Shown in pieces: positions 39,828 through 49,568 of a stretch of DNA of 63,122 nucleotides; the first letter of the stretch is position 1; every line of letters starts with the position of its first letter. This DNA comes from Terrimicrobiaceae bacterium (lineage in GTDB: Bacteria; Verrucomicrobiota; Verrucomicrobiia; Chthoniobacterales; Terrimicrobiaceae): positions 1-63,122 of the forward strand of contig JBGSVZ010000126.1 in assembly GCA_041752695.1 (NCBI GenBank). The letters run 5' to 3'. A model generated the notes under the pieces. That model saw nothing but the letters and a program-made list of their open reading frames with translations, had not been told where the DNA came from and made no database searches. The translations under genes were made by a program, and so were the position numbers.

Positions 39828-40161
39828 GAATCCGGTCGCAATCAGGAGCGCTCCGTCCAGCCGGCCAAGGCATCGCGCAGGCCAAAAATCGCCATGCTGA
39901 AAAAAGCCGACCATTAGCACGCCAACAGTCACCACCAGCAGAAAGGGCGAGAGCAGCCACAGGGCGTAGGTTCCGGAACCTCCCGCCACCCGATCCTTAA
40001 ACAGGAGGGATTTCTGGTCGTTTTTCGCCCTCACAAACCAGGAGTGCCCAAGAGAGAGGTTAGCTTCATACCTTCTCTACGCGGCGGGCGTGAGGTCTTG
40101 CAGAAAAAATGGCGGCCCGTTTTTCCCGCCGGCATGGACGATCAGATCACATACGGTTTCG

Positions 40162-41193
40162 CTACGCGATGCGCGCCATCAGTTCACGTGTGACCGCATA
40201 GCGCAGCGGCTGTCCTTCGGCCCAGAGAAGAAACTCCTCGATCATCAGATCGGCCATGCGCAGCACCTCCGTGCCCATGGAACCTGCGATGTGCGGAGTG
40301 AGGATGATGTTTTCCAATTCATACATAGCCGAACCAGCGGGTGGGGGCTCGGGCCAGGTGACATCGAGAATGGCAGTGAGGTCGGGCCGGGCCCGCATCA
40401 CTTCGATCAATTCGTCTTCGCGCACCAGCGCGCCACGGGAGGTATTGATGAAGGTCGCGTTGGGTTTCATCGCGGCCAGAAGTTCGCCCGTGACGATCCC
40501 CTCGGTTTCTTTCAGCCAGGGGGTATGGATGGTGACCACGTCACTTTGGGAAAAAATTTCCTCCAGAGTCTCCGCCCTCGCGGCACCGAGTTCGCGGAGG
40601 GTCTCACTCCGCACGAAAGGGTCATAGGCCAGTTTTTTCAGGGCAAAAGGTTGGAGCAACTGGCAGAGTTTGCGGCCGATCATGCCCAGGGAAACGATGC
40701 CAACGGTTGTTCCATAGACGCCGGGAATATCGAGGCGTTTGAACCCATCGGGGCCAGGAGCTCTGCGGAACTGTCGCACATGCTGCCAGCCGAGCTTGAG
40801 ACTGAAAAGGATCTGCGAAAGCGTGAACTCCGCCACCGGCACGGCATTGGCCGCCCAAGCGCTCACGACAGTCACGTTGTGGTCGAAGAACGGTTCGGCG
40901 AAAGGCTTTACCGAGCCCGCCGCGTAAAAGACGGCTTGGAGATTTGGCAAGAACGAGAACTGTTCGGGAGAAGGCCGCAACATCGTCCACGTGGAAAACA
41001 CGACGCGGGTCTCGGCCAGCCATTCCGCGTGATCCGCCATGTTTTCGGAAGTGATGATCTCGAGCGGCAAGTCCACCAGGCCGGCAAGGCGTTCGCGCTG
41101 CCGGTCTCCCCAGACGCTTTGAAGGATCTCAGGGTTTTCCGCAATAAAAGCGGCCTTGATGCGGGGAATAGGATGCATGGACTGCATGATCAT
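40162..41193 (-). CDS. D-isomer-specific 2-hydroxyacid dehydrogenase
   Basis: G...G.IGR, H.P...ET, FINTSRG, LDVT.PEP, TPHIAG. Confidence 0.92.
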   Translation of the reverse strand: MIMQSMHPIPRIKAAFIAENPEILQSVWGDRQRERLAGLVDLPLEIITSENMADHAEWLAETRVVFSTWTMLRPSPEQFSFLPNLQAVFYAAGSVKPFAEPFFDHNVTVVSAWAANAVPVAEFTLSQILFSLKLGWQHVRQFRRAPGPDGFKRLDIPGVYGTTVGIVSLGMIGRKLCQLLQPFALKKLAYDPFVRSETLRELGAARAETLEEIFSQSDVVTIHTPWLKETEGIVTGELLAAMKPNATFINTSRGALVREDELIEVMRARPDLTAILDVTWPEPPPAGSAMYELENIILTPHIAGSMGTEVLRMADLMIEEFLLWAEGQPLRYAVTRELMARIA

Positions 41194-41286
41194 GAAGGGA
41201 AGGCCCCGTCGGCGTAAAGCGTTGGCAAGGAACCGCGCAGAAAAATTTGCGGCGCGCGCGAGACCCAGTTAAAACTCTCGGCTGAC

Positions 41287-43068
41287 GTGTTCACCAACAT
41301 CGCCGCTTACAAATTTGCCCCGCTCACCGGTCTCAAACCGCTGCGTGATCACCTGCTCGGTTTTTGCAAGTCCGGCGGGCTCAGAGGAACAATTCTGCTC
41401 AGTACTGAGGGCATCAATCTTTTCGTGGCGGGAGCTGCCGGGTCTATTGCGGGCCTGATGGAGGAACTACACGCGGTGGAGGGCCTGTCCGATCTCGCGC
41501 CGAAATACAGCGAAAGCGCCGAGCAGCCGTTCACTCGCATGATTGTGCGCATCAAAAAAGAAATTATCGCATTCGGGGTGGAGGGCATCGACCCGGCGCG
41601 CCGCACTTCGCCAAAGCTGGCGGCGCATACGCTCAAGCAATGGCTCGACGAGGGCCGGGCGGTCACGCTGCTCGACACCCGCAACGATTACGAAGTGAAG
41701 CTCGGCACCTTCCGTGGGGCGCGCACGCTGAACATCGGGCATTTCCGCCAGTTCCCCGACGCCGTACGCACGCTGCCGGAAGACCTCAAGGATCAGCCTG
41801 TCGTGATGTTTTGCACGGGAGGCATCCGCTGTGAAAAAGCGGGACCCTTCATGGAACGCGAGGGCTTTCGCAGCATCTACCAACTGGACGGGGGGATTTT
41901 GAAATATTTCGAAGAATGCGGCGGGGCGCATTATGAAGGGGAGTGTTTTGTTTTCGATCAGCGGGTGGGCGTGGATCCAGCGTTGAGAGAAACCGACTCG
42001 GCGCAATGTTTCGCCTGTCAGACGCCGCTCGACGCCACGGATCTGGTCGATCCGCGCTTCGTACCGGGCGTATCGTGTGGGTATTGTCATGAGACGATTG
42101 CGGCCCGCGAGGCCGAAGTGCTCGCCCAACGCAATGCCGCCTTTCTGCGACTATCCGATCCGCTACCTGGATCGCAGCCCTACGAAAACCACCGCCCGTT
42201 GAAGGTGCCCGCCGCCTATGACGGCCAGCCGCTCCTCGATTTTCTTTGTGGGATCTTCCCGCACATCCCGCGCGAACAGTGGGAGGAGGGGTGTGCCCGC
42301 GGAGAGTTTGTCGATGCGGACGGACGAGTGCTTGCCCCCACCGAAACCCTGCGCACGGGTGAACGGTGTTTTCATAAAAAACCACAGACGACCGAGCCTG
42401 CCGTCAATGCCGCGGTGCGTGTGATCCACGAGGATGAGGCCATCATCGTGCTGGAAAAACCCGCGCCCCTCCCGATGCACCCCTGTGGGCGTTTCAACCG
42501 TAACTCGCTGCAACATCTGCTCGACGTTGTGTATGCGCCTATGAAACCCCGACCTGCCCACCGCCTTGATGCCAACACCTCCGGGATCGTGGTCTGCAGC
42601 CGCACGCGACATTTCGCCAAGCGCCTCCAGCCCCAGTTTGCAGATGGCACGGTGAAAAAAGTTTATCTCGTCGAAGTACAGGGGCAGCCGGACCAGGACA
42701 CTTTCGCGTGCAATGCCCCGGTCAGCGCAGGCCCGCGGGAACTGGGCGCACGGGCGGTGGATCCGGAGAACGGGCTTCCCGCGCGGACGAATTTTCGAGT
42801 TCTCCATCGCAAGCCCGGCGGCACGACCGTGCTGGAAGCGCGTCCTCTCACCGGCCGCACCAATCAGATTCGGGTTCACCTCTGGCAGCTTGGCCTGCCC
42901 GTCTGCGGCGATCCGGCGTATCTCCCCGACGGCAAAATCGGAGAAACGATGACGCTATCGCCCAAGGACCCTCCGATGCGGCTGCACGCTTTACGATTGG
43001 AATTTGTCCACCCGCTTTCGCAGGAGCCGGTCAGCTTTGAGGCGGGTCAGCCCGCCTGGATTCCTTGA
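41287..43068 (+). CDS. trhO: Fusion: tRNA uridine(34) hydroxylase TrhO (rhodanese) + RluA-family pseudouridine synthase
   Basis: N-half GTILL..EGIN, DTRNDYE..GTF, CTGGIRCEKA, LDGGILKY, CFVFDQR. C-half KPA.LP.HP, HRLDANTSG, TGRTNQIRVH, P.CGD..Y, LHA..L.F.HP. One uninterrupted frame. Confidence 0.92.
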   Translation: MFTNIAAYKFAPLTGLKPLRDHLLGFCKSGGLRGTILLSTEGINLFVAGAAGSIAGLMEELHAVEGLSDLAPKYSESAEQPFTRMIVRIKKEIIAFGVEGIDPARRTSPKLAAHTLKQWLDEGRAVTLLDTRNDYEVKLGTFRGARTLNIGHFRQFPDAVRTLPEDLKDQPVVMFCTGGIRCEKAGPFMEREGFRSIYQLDGGILKYFEECGGAHYEGECFVFDQRVGVDPALRETDSAQCFACQTPLDATDLVDPRFVPGVSCGYCHETIAAREAEVLAQRNAAFLRLSDPLPGSQPYENHRPLKVPAAYDGQPLLDFLCGIFPHIPREQWEEGCARGEFVDADGRVLAPTETLRTGERCFHKKPQTTEPAVNAAVRVIHEDEAIIVLEKPAPLPMHPCGRFNRNSLQHLLDVVYAPMKPRPAHRLDANTSGIVVCSRTRHFAKRLQPQFADGTVKKVYLVEVQGQPDQDTFACNAPVSAGPRELGARAVDPENGLPARTNFRVLHRKPGGTTVLEARPLTGRTNQIRVHLWQLGLPVCGDPAYLPDGKIGETMTLSPKDPPMRLHALRLEFVHPLSQEPVSFEAGQPAWIP

Positions 43069-43069
43069 C

Positions 43070-45859
43070 ATGAGCAAATTGGAAAAAGGTCAGCGCTGGA
43101 TCAGCGAATCCGAGCCGGAACTTGGCGTTGGTGTCGTGGTCGACATCTCCCCCGGCCGGGTTTTCCTGCTCTTCCGCGCCAGCAACACCCTACGGCAATA
43201 CGCCACGGGGTCCGCGCCGATCAAGCGCGTCGAATTTAAGGCCGGGGACACGATCAAACTGCACGACGGCTCCACCCTCGTCGTGGAATCTGTCGAAACC
43301 CGGGACGGCATTCGCGTCTATCGCGGCGCGGGGAGCGAAGCTCCAGAAACGGAGCTCTCGGACACCCTGAGTTTTTGCAAACCCGAGGAACGCCTTTTCG
43401 CCGGACAGGTAGACGACAATGCCTCGTTCGAGTTGCGGCTCGATGCCTTGCGCCGCCGTCACCAGATCCGTCATTCGCCCGTGCGGGGACTCATCGGTGC
43501 GCGCATTGAACTCATTCCGCACCAACTTTACATCGCGCATGAAGTGGCCGGTCGCGTGCTGCCCCGCGTGCTTCTCGCCGATGAAGTCGGCCTCGGAAAA
43601 ACCATCGAGGCCTGCCTCGTGCTGCATCGCCTGCACCGCAGCGGACGCGCCGGACGCATCCTCATCTTGGTGCCCGAACCCTTGGTTCATCAGTGGTTCG
43701 TGGAGTTGCTGCGCCGTTTCACCATGCGCGTGAGCATCTTTGACGAGGAACGCTGCGCGTCCATCGAGGCCGGGGAACCAGGTGCCAATCCCTTTCTCGA
43801 TGATCAAGTGATTCTCTGCCCACTGCCCCTGCTCGCCCAGAATCCGACGCGCGGGGCCCAGGCCGCCGCCGCCGGTTGGGATCTGATCGTTGTCGACGAA
43901 GCCCACCATCTCGTGTGGACCCCAAAATCTGCGAGTCCGGAATACACCATCGTCGAAACGCTCGCCAGCGCCGCGCCTGGCGTCATTCTGCTCACCGCCA
44001 CGCCTGAACAACTTGGTGCCGAAGGCCACTTCGCGCGCCTACGGTTGCTCGATCCCGAGCGCTACGGCGATTTCGCCACCTTCCAGACGGCCCGGGCGGA
44101 ATATCGCGAAACGGCCAAGGTTGCCGGTCGCCTGCTCGACGATAAAATGCCGACGGCCGCCGAGATCAAAATCCTCCGCCGCCTCTGCCAGGCCGATCCC
44201 AAGCGGCTGGAAAAACACCTCGCCGCGTTGAAAAAAGGCGACGCCTCCGCCCGCGAATCTCTCCTGGAAGAACTGCTCGACCAGCACGGTCCGGGCCGTG
44301 TCATGTACCGCAACACCCGTGCCGCCATCAAAGGTTTCCCGAAACGCAAAGTTCACATCGTAACTCTTGAGGAGGAGCCCCGCCTCGCTACCGAACGCGC
44401 GTCCGACAATTCTGACGAGGCGCGTTCCTATCCGCTGGCTGGCGATCCGAGGGTGGAATGGCTCATCGGCTTTCTGCAAAAGAAACGCACGGCCAAGGTG
44501 CTCCTCATCTGCCGCACCCGCGAAAAAGTCCTGGCCCTCGACGCCGCCCTCCGCGACCGGGTGAAAATGAAGGTGAGTCTGTTTCACGAAGACCTCACCT
44601 TGCTCCAGCGCGATCGCAACGCCGCCTGGTTCTCAGAGCCGGACGGCGCGCAGATTTTGCTCTGTTCCGAGATCGGCAGCGAGGGGCGCAATTTCCAATT
44701 CGCCCATCACCTCGTGCTTTTTGATCTGCCGGAGAATCCCGAACTGCTCGAACAGCGCATCGGCCGCCTGGATCGCATCGGGCAAACCGATACCATCGCC
44801 ATTCATGTGCCTGCGCCCCGCGGCAGTCATCTTGAAGTCCTGGCACGGTGGTATCAGGAAGGGCTCAACGCCTTTGAAAAATCCCTCGAAGGTGGGCGGG
44901 AGATTCTCGCGAAATTCGGCCACCGCCTCCACGCGATCCTCGACGGCAAATCCTCCGACCTCGACAAACTCATCGCCGAGACCCACACCGCCCATGCGAA
45001 GATCGGAAAAGAACTGGAACAGGGCGAGGACCGGCTTCTGCAAATGAATTCCTGCCGGCTCGAACCTGCTCGACAGATCGTCGGGCAGATTGCCGCCTAC
45101 GATCAGGACACCTCGCTTGATGACTTTGTCCTGCGCATGTTCGATCATTTCGGCGTGCACGTGGAGGAACTTTCCCCACGCACGTTTCTGGCCGTTCCGG
45201 CCGAACTCACCACCGACGCGTTCCCCGAGCTGCCGGCCGAGGGCCTCACCATCACCGCGGATCGTTCCAAGGCGCTGAACCGCGAGGAAATTGGTTTTCT
45301 CACCTGGGACCACCCGATCGTGACCAGCGCCATCGACCTTCTGCTCGGCTCCGAGCAGGGGAATTGCGCTTTCGGACTCTGGCCAGGTGGCAAGGAACAG
45401 ACCATCTACCTGGAAACGATTTATGTGCTGGAACCCGTGGCCCCACCGGCCCTGCACGCCGACCGCTTTCTCCCCCCGACGCCGCTGCGAGTGGTCGTGG
45501 ACCCCAAGGGGACAGACGTCACAGCAGAGATAAATCCAGGAAATTTACAGCCCGGCCCCGTCCTTCAACTCCTCGACAATGGCCGGATCAAACACAAACT
45601 CATTCCCGCCATGCTGGAAAAGAGCCGCGAGCACGCCACGGAACGGGCCACGGCGGCCATGCAGAATGCCACCTCCAAAATGCAAACCCTGCTCAGCGGC
45701 GAGATGGAGCGGTTGCGGGACCTTCAAAAAGGAAACGGCCACGTCAGTGACGCGGAGATCACCCTCCTGGAAACCCAGGCCCGCGACCTCGCCGAACGGC
45801 TCAAGGAAGCTCCCCTGCGGCTGGACTCCCTCCGCCTCATCTGGCGGAACCCGGCATGA
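43070..45859 (+). CDS. rapA: RNA polymerase-associated protein RapA (SWI2/SNF2 ATPase)
   Basis: GQRWIS.SEPELG.G, PHQLYIA, LADEVGLGKTIEA, DEAHH, LTATPEQ, CSEIGSEGRNFQF, EQRIGRLDRIGQ. Start ATG 43070. Confidence 0.95.
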   Translation: MSKLEKGQRWISESEPELGVGVVVDISPGRVFLLFRASNTLRQYATGSAPIKRVEFKAGDTIKLHDGSTLVVESVETRDGIRVYRGAGSEAPETELSDTLSFCKPEERLFAGQVDDNASFELRLDALRRRHQIRHSPVRGLIGARIELIPHQLYIAHEVAGRVLPRVLLADEVGLGKTIEACLVLHRLHRSGRAGRILILVPEPLVHQWFVELLRRFTMRVSIFDEERCASIEAGEPGANPFLDDQVILCPLPLLAQNPTRGAQAAAAGWDLIVVDEAHHLVWTPKSASPEYTIVETLASAAPGVILLTATPEQLGAEGHFARLRLLDPERYGDFATFQTARAEYRETAKVAGRLLDDKMPTAAEIKILRRLCQADPKRLEKHLAALKKGDASARESLLEELLDQHGPGRVMYRNTRAAIKGFPKRKVHIVTLEEEPRLATERASDNSDEARSYPLAGDPRVEWLIGFLQKKRTAKVLLICRTREKVLALDAALRDRVKMKVSLFHEDLTLLQRDRNAAWFSEPDGAQILLCSEIGSEGRNFQFAHHLVLFDLPENPELLEQRIGRLDRIGQTDTIAIHVPAPRGSHLEVLARWYQEGLNAFEKSLEGGREILAKFGHRLHAILDGKSSDLDKLIAETHTAHAKIGKELEQGEDRLLQMNSCRLEPARQIVGQIAAYDQDTSLDDFVLRMFDHFGVHVEELSPRTFLAVPAELTTDAFPELPAEGLTITADRSKALNREEIGFLTWDHPIVTSAIDLLLGSEQGNCAFGLWPGGKEQTIYLETIYVLEPVAPPALHADRFLPPTPLRVVVDPKGTDVTAEINPGNLQPGPVLQLLDNGRIKHKLIPAMLEKSREHATERATAAMQNATSKMQTLLSGEMERLRDLQKGNGHVSDAEITLLETQARDLAERLKEAPLRLDSLRLIWRNPA

Positions 45860-45902
45860 CGCTCCTTGCCGCGGCCTCCCCCCTCCCCCATCATCATCCG
45901 TG

Positions 45903-46583
45903 ATGAAAAAAGTTTTCGCGCTGATGCTTCTTTCGCTCACCGTCGCGCTGGCTGACGACCAGGCGGACATTACGTCGACGGTGCAGAAATTTTACGACGC
46001 TTACATCAAACAATTGCCCGAGGCGGGCGGCTATGAGGAGACCATAGCCTGGGTCAACCGAAGTTCGCGGGTGACTCCCGAATACAAAGCCGCTCTGGCC
46101 AAACTTTATCGCGACGCCCTGAAAGAGGATCCAGACTACGGGTATGGTGCCGATGCCGTGATTGCGGGCAATGACTGGCCGGACTCTGGCTTCGCCGTGC
46201 GGCGCGTTTGGATCGACGGGCCGCGGGCCTTCGTTTTTCTCTCCGGCCGGGACTCCGCCAGCCTGCACACCGTGAATGTCCGGGTGGTGAAGAAGGATGG
46301 CAAGTGGCTCATCGACGGATCCGGGCCCGTGGATGGCGGAATCTTCGAAGCGGAGCGCGAAAGACTGACCGACGAGGAACTCGGCAAAAGATTGATTGGC
46401 CTCTGGAAAACCTCCGATGAACAGATCCGCTTCCAACCTGGCGGTCCCTGGAAAATCGAAGCCGGCATGCTCAGCACCAGCCGCAAGGACCCCCAGCCGT
46501 CGCGAATTTGCGTCCTCAACAAAACCACCCTCATCCTCGAAGATAATGAAGATGGCCTGATCCGGATGGATCGGGTGGAATAA
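45903..46583 (+). CDS. Exported protein, YbjP/DUF3828-like
   Basis: Signal peptide MKKVFALMLL. FY..Y, D......D.P and V...DGKW.ID NTF2-like pattern. Confidence 0.65.
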   Translation: MKKVFALMLLSLTVALADDQADITSTVQKFYDAYIKQLPEAGGYEETIAWVNRSSRVTPEYKAALAKLYRDALKEDPDYGYGADAVIAGNDWPDSGFAVRRVWIDGPRAFVFLSGRDSASLHTVNVRVVKKDGKWLIDGSGPVDGGIFEAERERLTDEELGKRLIGLWKTSDEQIRFQPGGPWKIEAGMLSTSRKDPQPSRICVLNKTTLILEDNEDGLIRMDRVE

Positions 46584-46584
46584 G

Positions 46585-47571
46585 ATGCGGGACAAACCGG
46601 CCATCCGCTGGGGCATCCTGGGATGCGGAGATGTTTGCGAAATCAAAAGTGGCCCCGGATTTCAAAAAGCCACTGACAGCGAACTTGTGGCGGTGATGCG
46701 ACGAGATGCGGTCAAGGCGCTGGATTTTGCCGAACGTCACGGGGTGCCGAAATGGTATGCCGATGCCGAGGCGCTGATCGCGGATCCCGAAGTGGATGCG
46801 GTGTATGTGGCAACGCCTCCGGGCAGCCACCGAGATCTGGCTCTGGCCGTGGCGAGGGCAGGCAAGCCTTGTTACGTGGAGAAACCGATGGCTCGAAACC
46901 ATGCCGAATGCCTGGAAATGATCGCCGCCTTTGAGGCCGCCCAACGGCCGCTTTTCGTGGCTTATTACCGACGGTGCCTTCCGCGGTTTGTCGCGCTCAA
47001 AAAGCTTTTGAAACAAGGACGCCTGGGACCACTCACGAGCATTCGGTACGAATTCACCAACAGCGCCTATCTCCAGACCGACCCGGACAATGTGCCGTGG
47101 CGGCTCCAACCGGAGTTGTCGGGCGGAGGCCTGTTGTGGGATCTGGGTTCTCATCTCATCGACCTGTTGGACCACGTGTTTGGCCCACTGGAAAACGTCA
47201 GGGGCTGCTCCAAAAATGAAAGCGAACGGCTGAACGTGCCGGATCAGACGGAACTTTTCTTTACAACTCCGGACGGCATCCCGGGGACGGGACATTGGAA
47301 TTTTGCCAGCGAGACTTCCACCGATCTTCTGGAAATCACCGGCGAACTCGGCCGGGTGGATTTGAGTTGTTTCGGCAACGAGCCGTTAAAATGGGAGACC
47401 TCTTCAGGCCCGCAGTGGCTGGATCACCCGAATCCGACCCACGTTCATCAGCCCCTCATTCAAACGATGGTCGACGAGCTACTTGGCGAAAAGGGAGCCT
47501 GCCCCAGCACAGGCACTTCCGGTGCCCGCGCCTCGCAGAGTATCGACTCGATCGGAACGGCGGCGATTTAA
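46585..47571 (+). CDS. Gfo/Idh/MocA-family oxidoreductase
   Basis: WGILGCG, VDAVYVATPP..H, EKPMA, AYYRR, GGG.L.D.GSH..D. Confidence 0.93.
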   Translation: MRDKPAIRWGILGCGDVCEIKSGPGFQKATDSELVAVMRRDAVKALDFAERHGVPKWYADAEALIADPEVDAVYVATPPGSHRDLALAVARAGKPCYVEKPMARNHAECLEMIAAFEAAQRPLFVAYYRRCLPRFVALKKLLKQGRLGPLTSIRYEFTNSAYLQTDPDNVPWRLQPELSGGGLLWDLGSHLIDLLDHVFGPLENVRGCSKNESERLNVPDQTELFFTTPDGIPGTGHWNFASETSTDLLEITGELGRVDLSCFGNEPLKWETSSGPQWLDHPNPTHVHQPLIQTMVDELLGEKGACPSTGTSGARASQSIDSIGTAAI

Positions 47572-47630
47572 GCAACCGATCACATCGAAATGCTTGACGT
47601 CCGGGTGTCCCACGGAAATACCTGCTAGGA

Positions 47631-48317
47631 ATGAAAACATTCGCTCGAGGGATTTCGGTGCTGGCCGTCGTGGCCGTCGTAACACTCTTCACGGCTGAGA
47701 CTTACGCCAGCACGATAATTCTGAGCAATGTCACACCCAATCCCGACAACATCGACCGGACAGGGCAAGGGGAATCCTTCGATTTGGAAGCCTTCGGCGA
47801 CTGGCTGCTTGGAACAGGGAACGAGAGATTGAATGGGGTAATCAGTTTCGATGTCGGCGCGGGTTCCGGTTCTTTTGAGGCAAACTATCCTGACTTCACG
47901 TATTCCAATGGAACCTCGCCTTCCGCAGCCATCGAGGAGAACGCAACGTTTCGTTATGTATCCACGGCAACTCCAGGCCCGTTGAACATTTACATCCCGG
48001 TTGCCGCCGGCTCGGGGCAGATTACCTTGTGGCTCGGCGCTTCGAATCCAGGCAGCAGCGCAACTCTCACGGCGAACTTTGGCGATACAATACCGATCGA
48101 TTTCTCCACGACCTTTGGAAACACCGTCAGCGGCAGCGAGCAACTCTTTCTCGATTATTCATCGGACATCGCGCAGACCATGACGATTTCCATCGGCTTG
48201 GGCGGGAATAATTTTGCCGGATATTTTGCCGTGGCCACTGTGCCGGAACCGTCCTCCCTCATGCTCGTGGGAATGGCCGCCGTTGTGGCCGGGTTCCGCA
48301 GGCGGAGATCGCGCTAA
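47631..48317 (+). CDS. PEP-CTERM sorting domain protein
   Basis: Signal peptide. C-terminal VPEPSSLMLVGMAAVVAGFRRRRSR. Confidence 0.92.
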   Translation: MKTFARGISVLAVVAVVTLFTAETYASTIILSNVTPNPDNIDRTGQGESFDLEAFGDWLLGTGNERLNGVISFDVGAGSGSFEANYPDFTYSNGTSPSAAIEENATFRYVSTATPGPLNIYIPVAAGSGQITLWLGASNPGSSATLTANFGDTIPIDFSTTFGNTVSGSEQLFLDYSSDIAQTMTISIGLGGNNFAGYFAVATVPEPSSLMLVGMAAVVAGFRRRRSR

Positions 48318-48452
48318 AGGCGTGACGCTTTTGCCACGGAAAGGCACGGTCAAGCAGCGCCCCCGACCCCAGAACCGGCATGGCCAGACTTTTTCTGGAA
48401 ATGCCCTCGAATTGTCTCACGAGAATTTAGGGCCGCGGCGTGCAAACCGGAC

Positions 48453-49568
48453 CTACTTCTTCGCCTGATAAAAGCTGATCGCGGTGACCAAATCTACCGC
48501 CCGCTGAAGCACGGTATCACGAAGTTGATTGTTCTTTCCGCGGTCGCGCTGAGCATTCTGGGCGGAGTCGATTTCGGGATTCGTATTAGCCACGAGTGAG
48601 GCTTCGTTCATCCGGCGGCGTTCCGTCTCGAAGACGAACTGGCCCACGCCCTTTTCCTTGCTCTCGGTAAAAATCTGCATGCGGACTTCGCGGGGCAGCG
48701 AGATGGCGACATCAGGCTTCACTCCCTTCGGATAAATCGGGCCCGATTCCGGAAGCACCACCTGGGCGACCGCGACGCGAAGGATCGAATTCCCGCCAAG
48801 GGGCACTTCGGCGAACTCGACCGCCTCGCCGGTGGTGTCGGAACCAATGATCATGGCTTCGGCATTTTGGCGCAGGGTCGCGGCGACCGCCTCGGCGGCC
48901 CCGGCATTATCGGAGTCGGTCAGCACGATAAGGATCCCCTTGAAGATGGGGTCCTGGTTCGAGGTGAAAATCCGCTCCTGTTTGGCACTGGGCTTTTGCA
49001 GCGAGAAGAGCAATTTTCCCTTGGGCGAAAACCGCCGGGCAAATTCCGCGGCCATTTCAAAATCCGCGCTCTCCGGCACGCCGCGCAGGTCCAGAATCAC
49101 GGCGTCAATCTTGCGATCGGCGTAACCGTTCAGAGCCGCATCGACCTGATCGAGGTTGGTTTTCGTCAGCGCGCCAACCCGGAGGTAGGCAATATGAGAA
49201 TCGAGAATTTCGGCGAGAAACGGCGTGGCTTCGGAGCTTTGCTGTTGATGGGCTGCACTGGTGATGGAAGCCCCGGGAGCGAGCCGGCGGACGATCCCCT
49301 CCAGAGTGGCACGCTGCTGGGCTTTTTCATCGGTCTTGCTCGGATCGAGGAAATTCGACTGCAACGTTTCCAGAGCCTTGGTGAGATCTTCCTCCCCCAG
49401 TCCATTGATCAGTTCCCGCATGGTGGAAGGCGGGGGAAGAGGGGTCGGTGAGGGAGTGGGCGTGGGAGCCGGCGAAGGAGAAGGCGTTGCGGTCGGACTG
49501 GGAGACGGGGTTTGCGCCTGAAGGGCCCCGGCCGTCAAGATGACGAGAAAGAGGAAACGGCGGATCAT
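48453..49568 (-). CDS. S41 (tail-specific protease) family protein, apparently catalytically inactive
   Basis: AYLR, ILDLR, I...GV.PD fold motifs. NAGAAE replaces SASASE and TTGE replaces T.GK. Confidence 0.8.
   Translation of the reverse strand: MIRRFLFLVILTAGALQAQTPSPSPTATPSPSPAPTPTPSPTPLPPPSTMRELINGLGEEDLTKALETLQSNFLDPSKTDEKAQQRATLEGIVRRLAPGASITSAAHQQQSSEATPFLAEILDSHIAYLRVGALTKTNLDQVDAALNGYADRKIDAVILDLRGVPESADFEMAAEFARRFSPKGKLLFSLQKPSAKQERIFTSNQDPIFKGILIVLTDSDNAGAAEAVAATLRQNAEAMIIGSDTTGEAVEFAEVPLGGNSILRVAVAQVVLPESGPIYPKGVKPDVAISLPREVRMQIFTESKEKGVGQFVFETERRRMNEASLVANTNPEIDSAQNAQRDRGKNNQLRDTVLQRAVDLVTAISFYQAKK

Noticed and set aside
39390..40034. 214-aa minus-strand ORF with a TM-like N-terminus
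   Set aside because: Two thirds overlap the GH38 gene in antisense. The intergenic part could be a gene remnant, but I cannot assign it.
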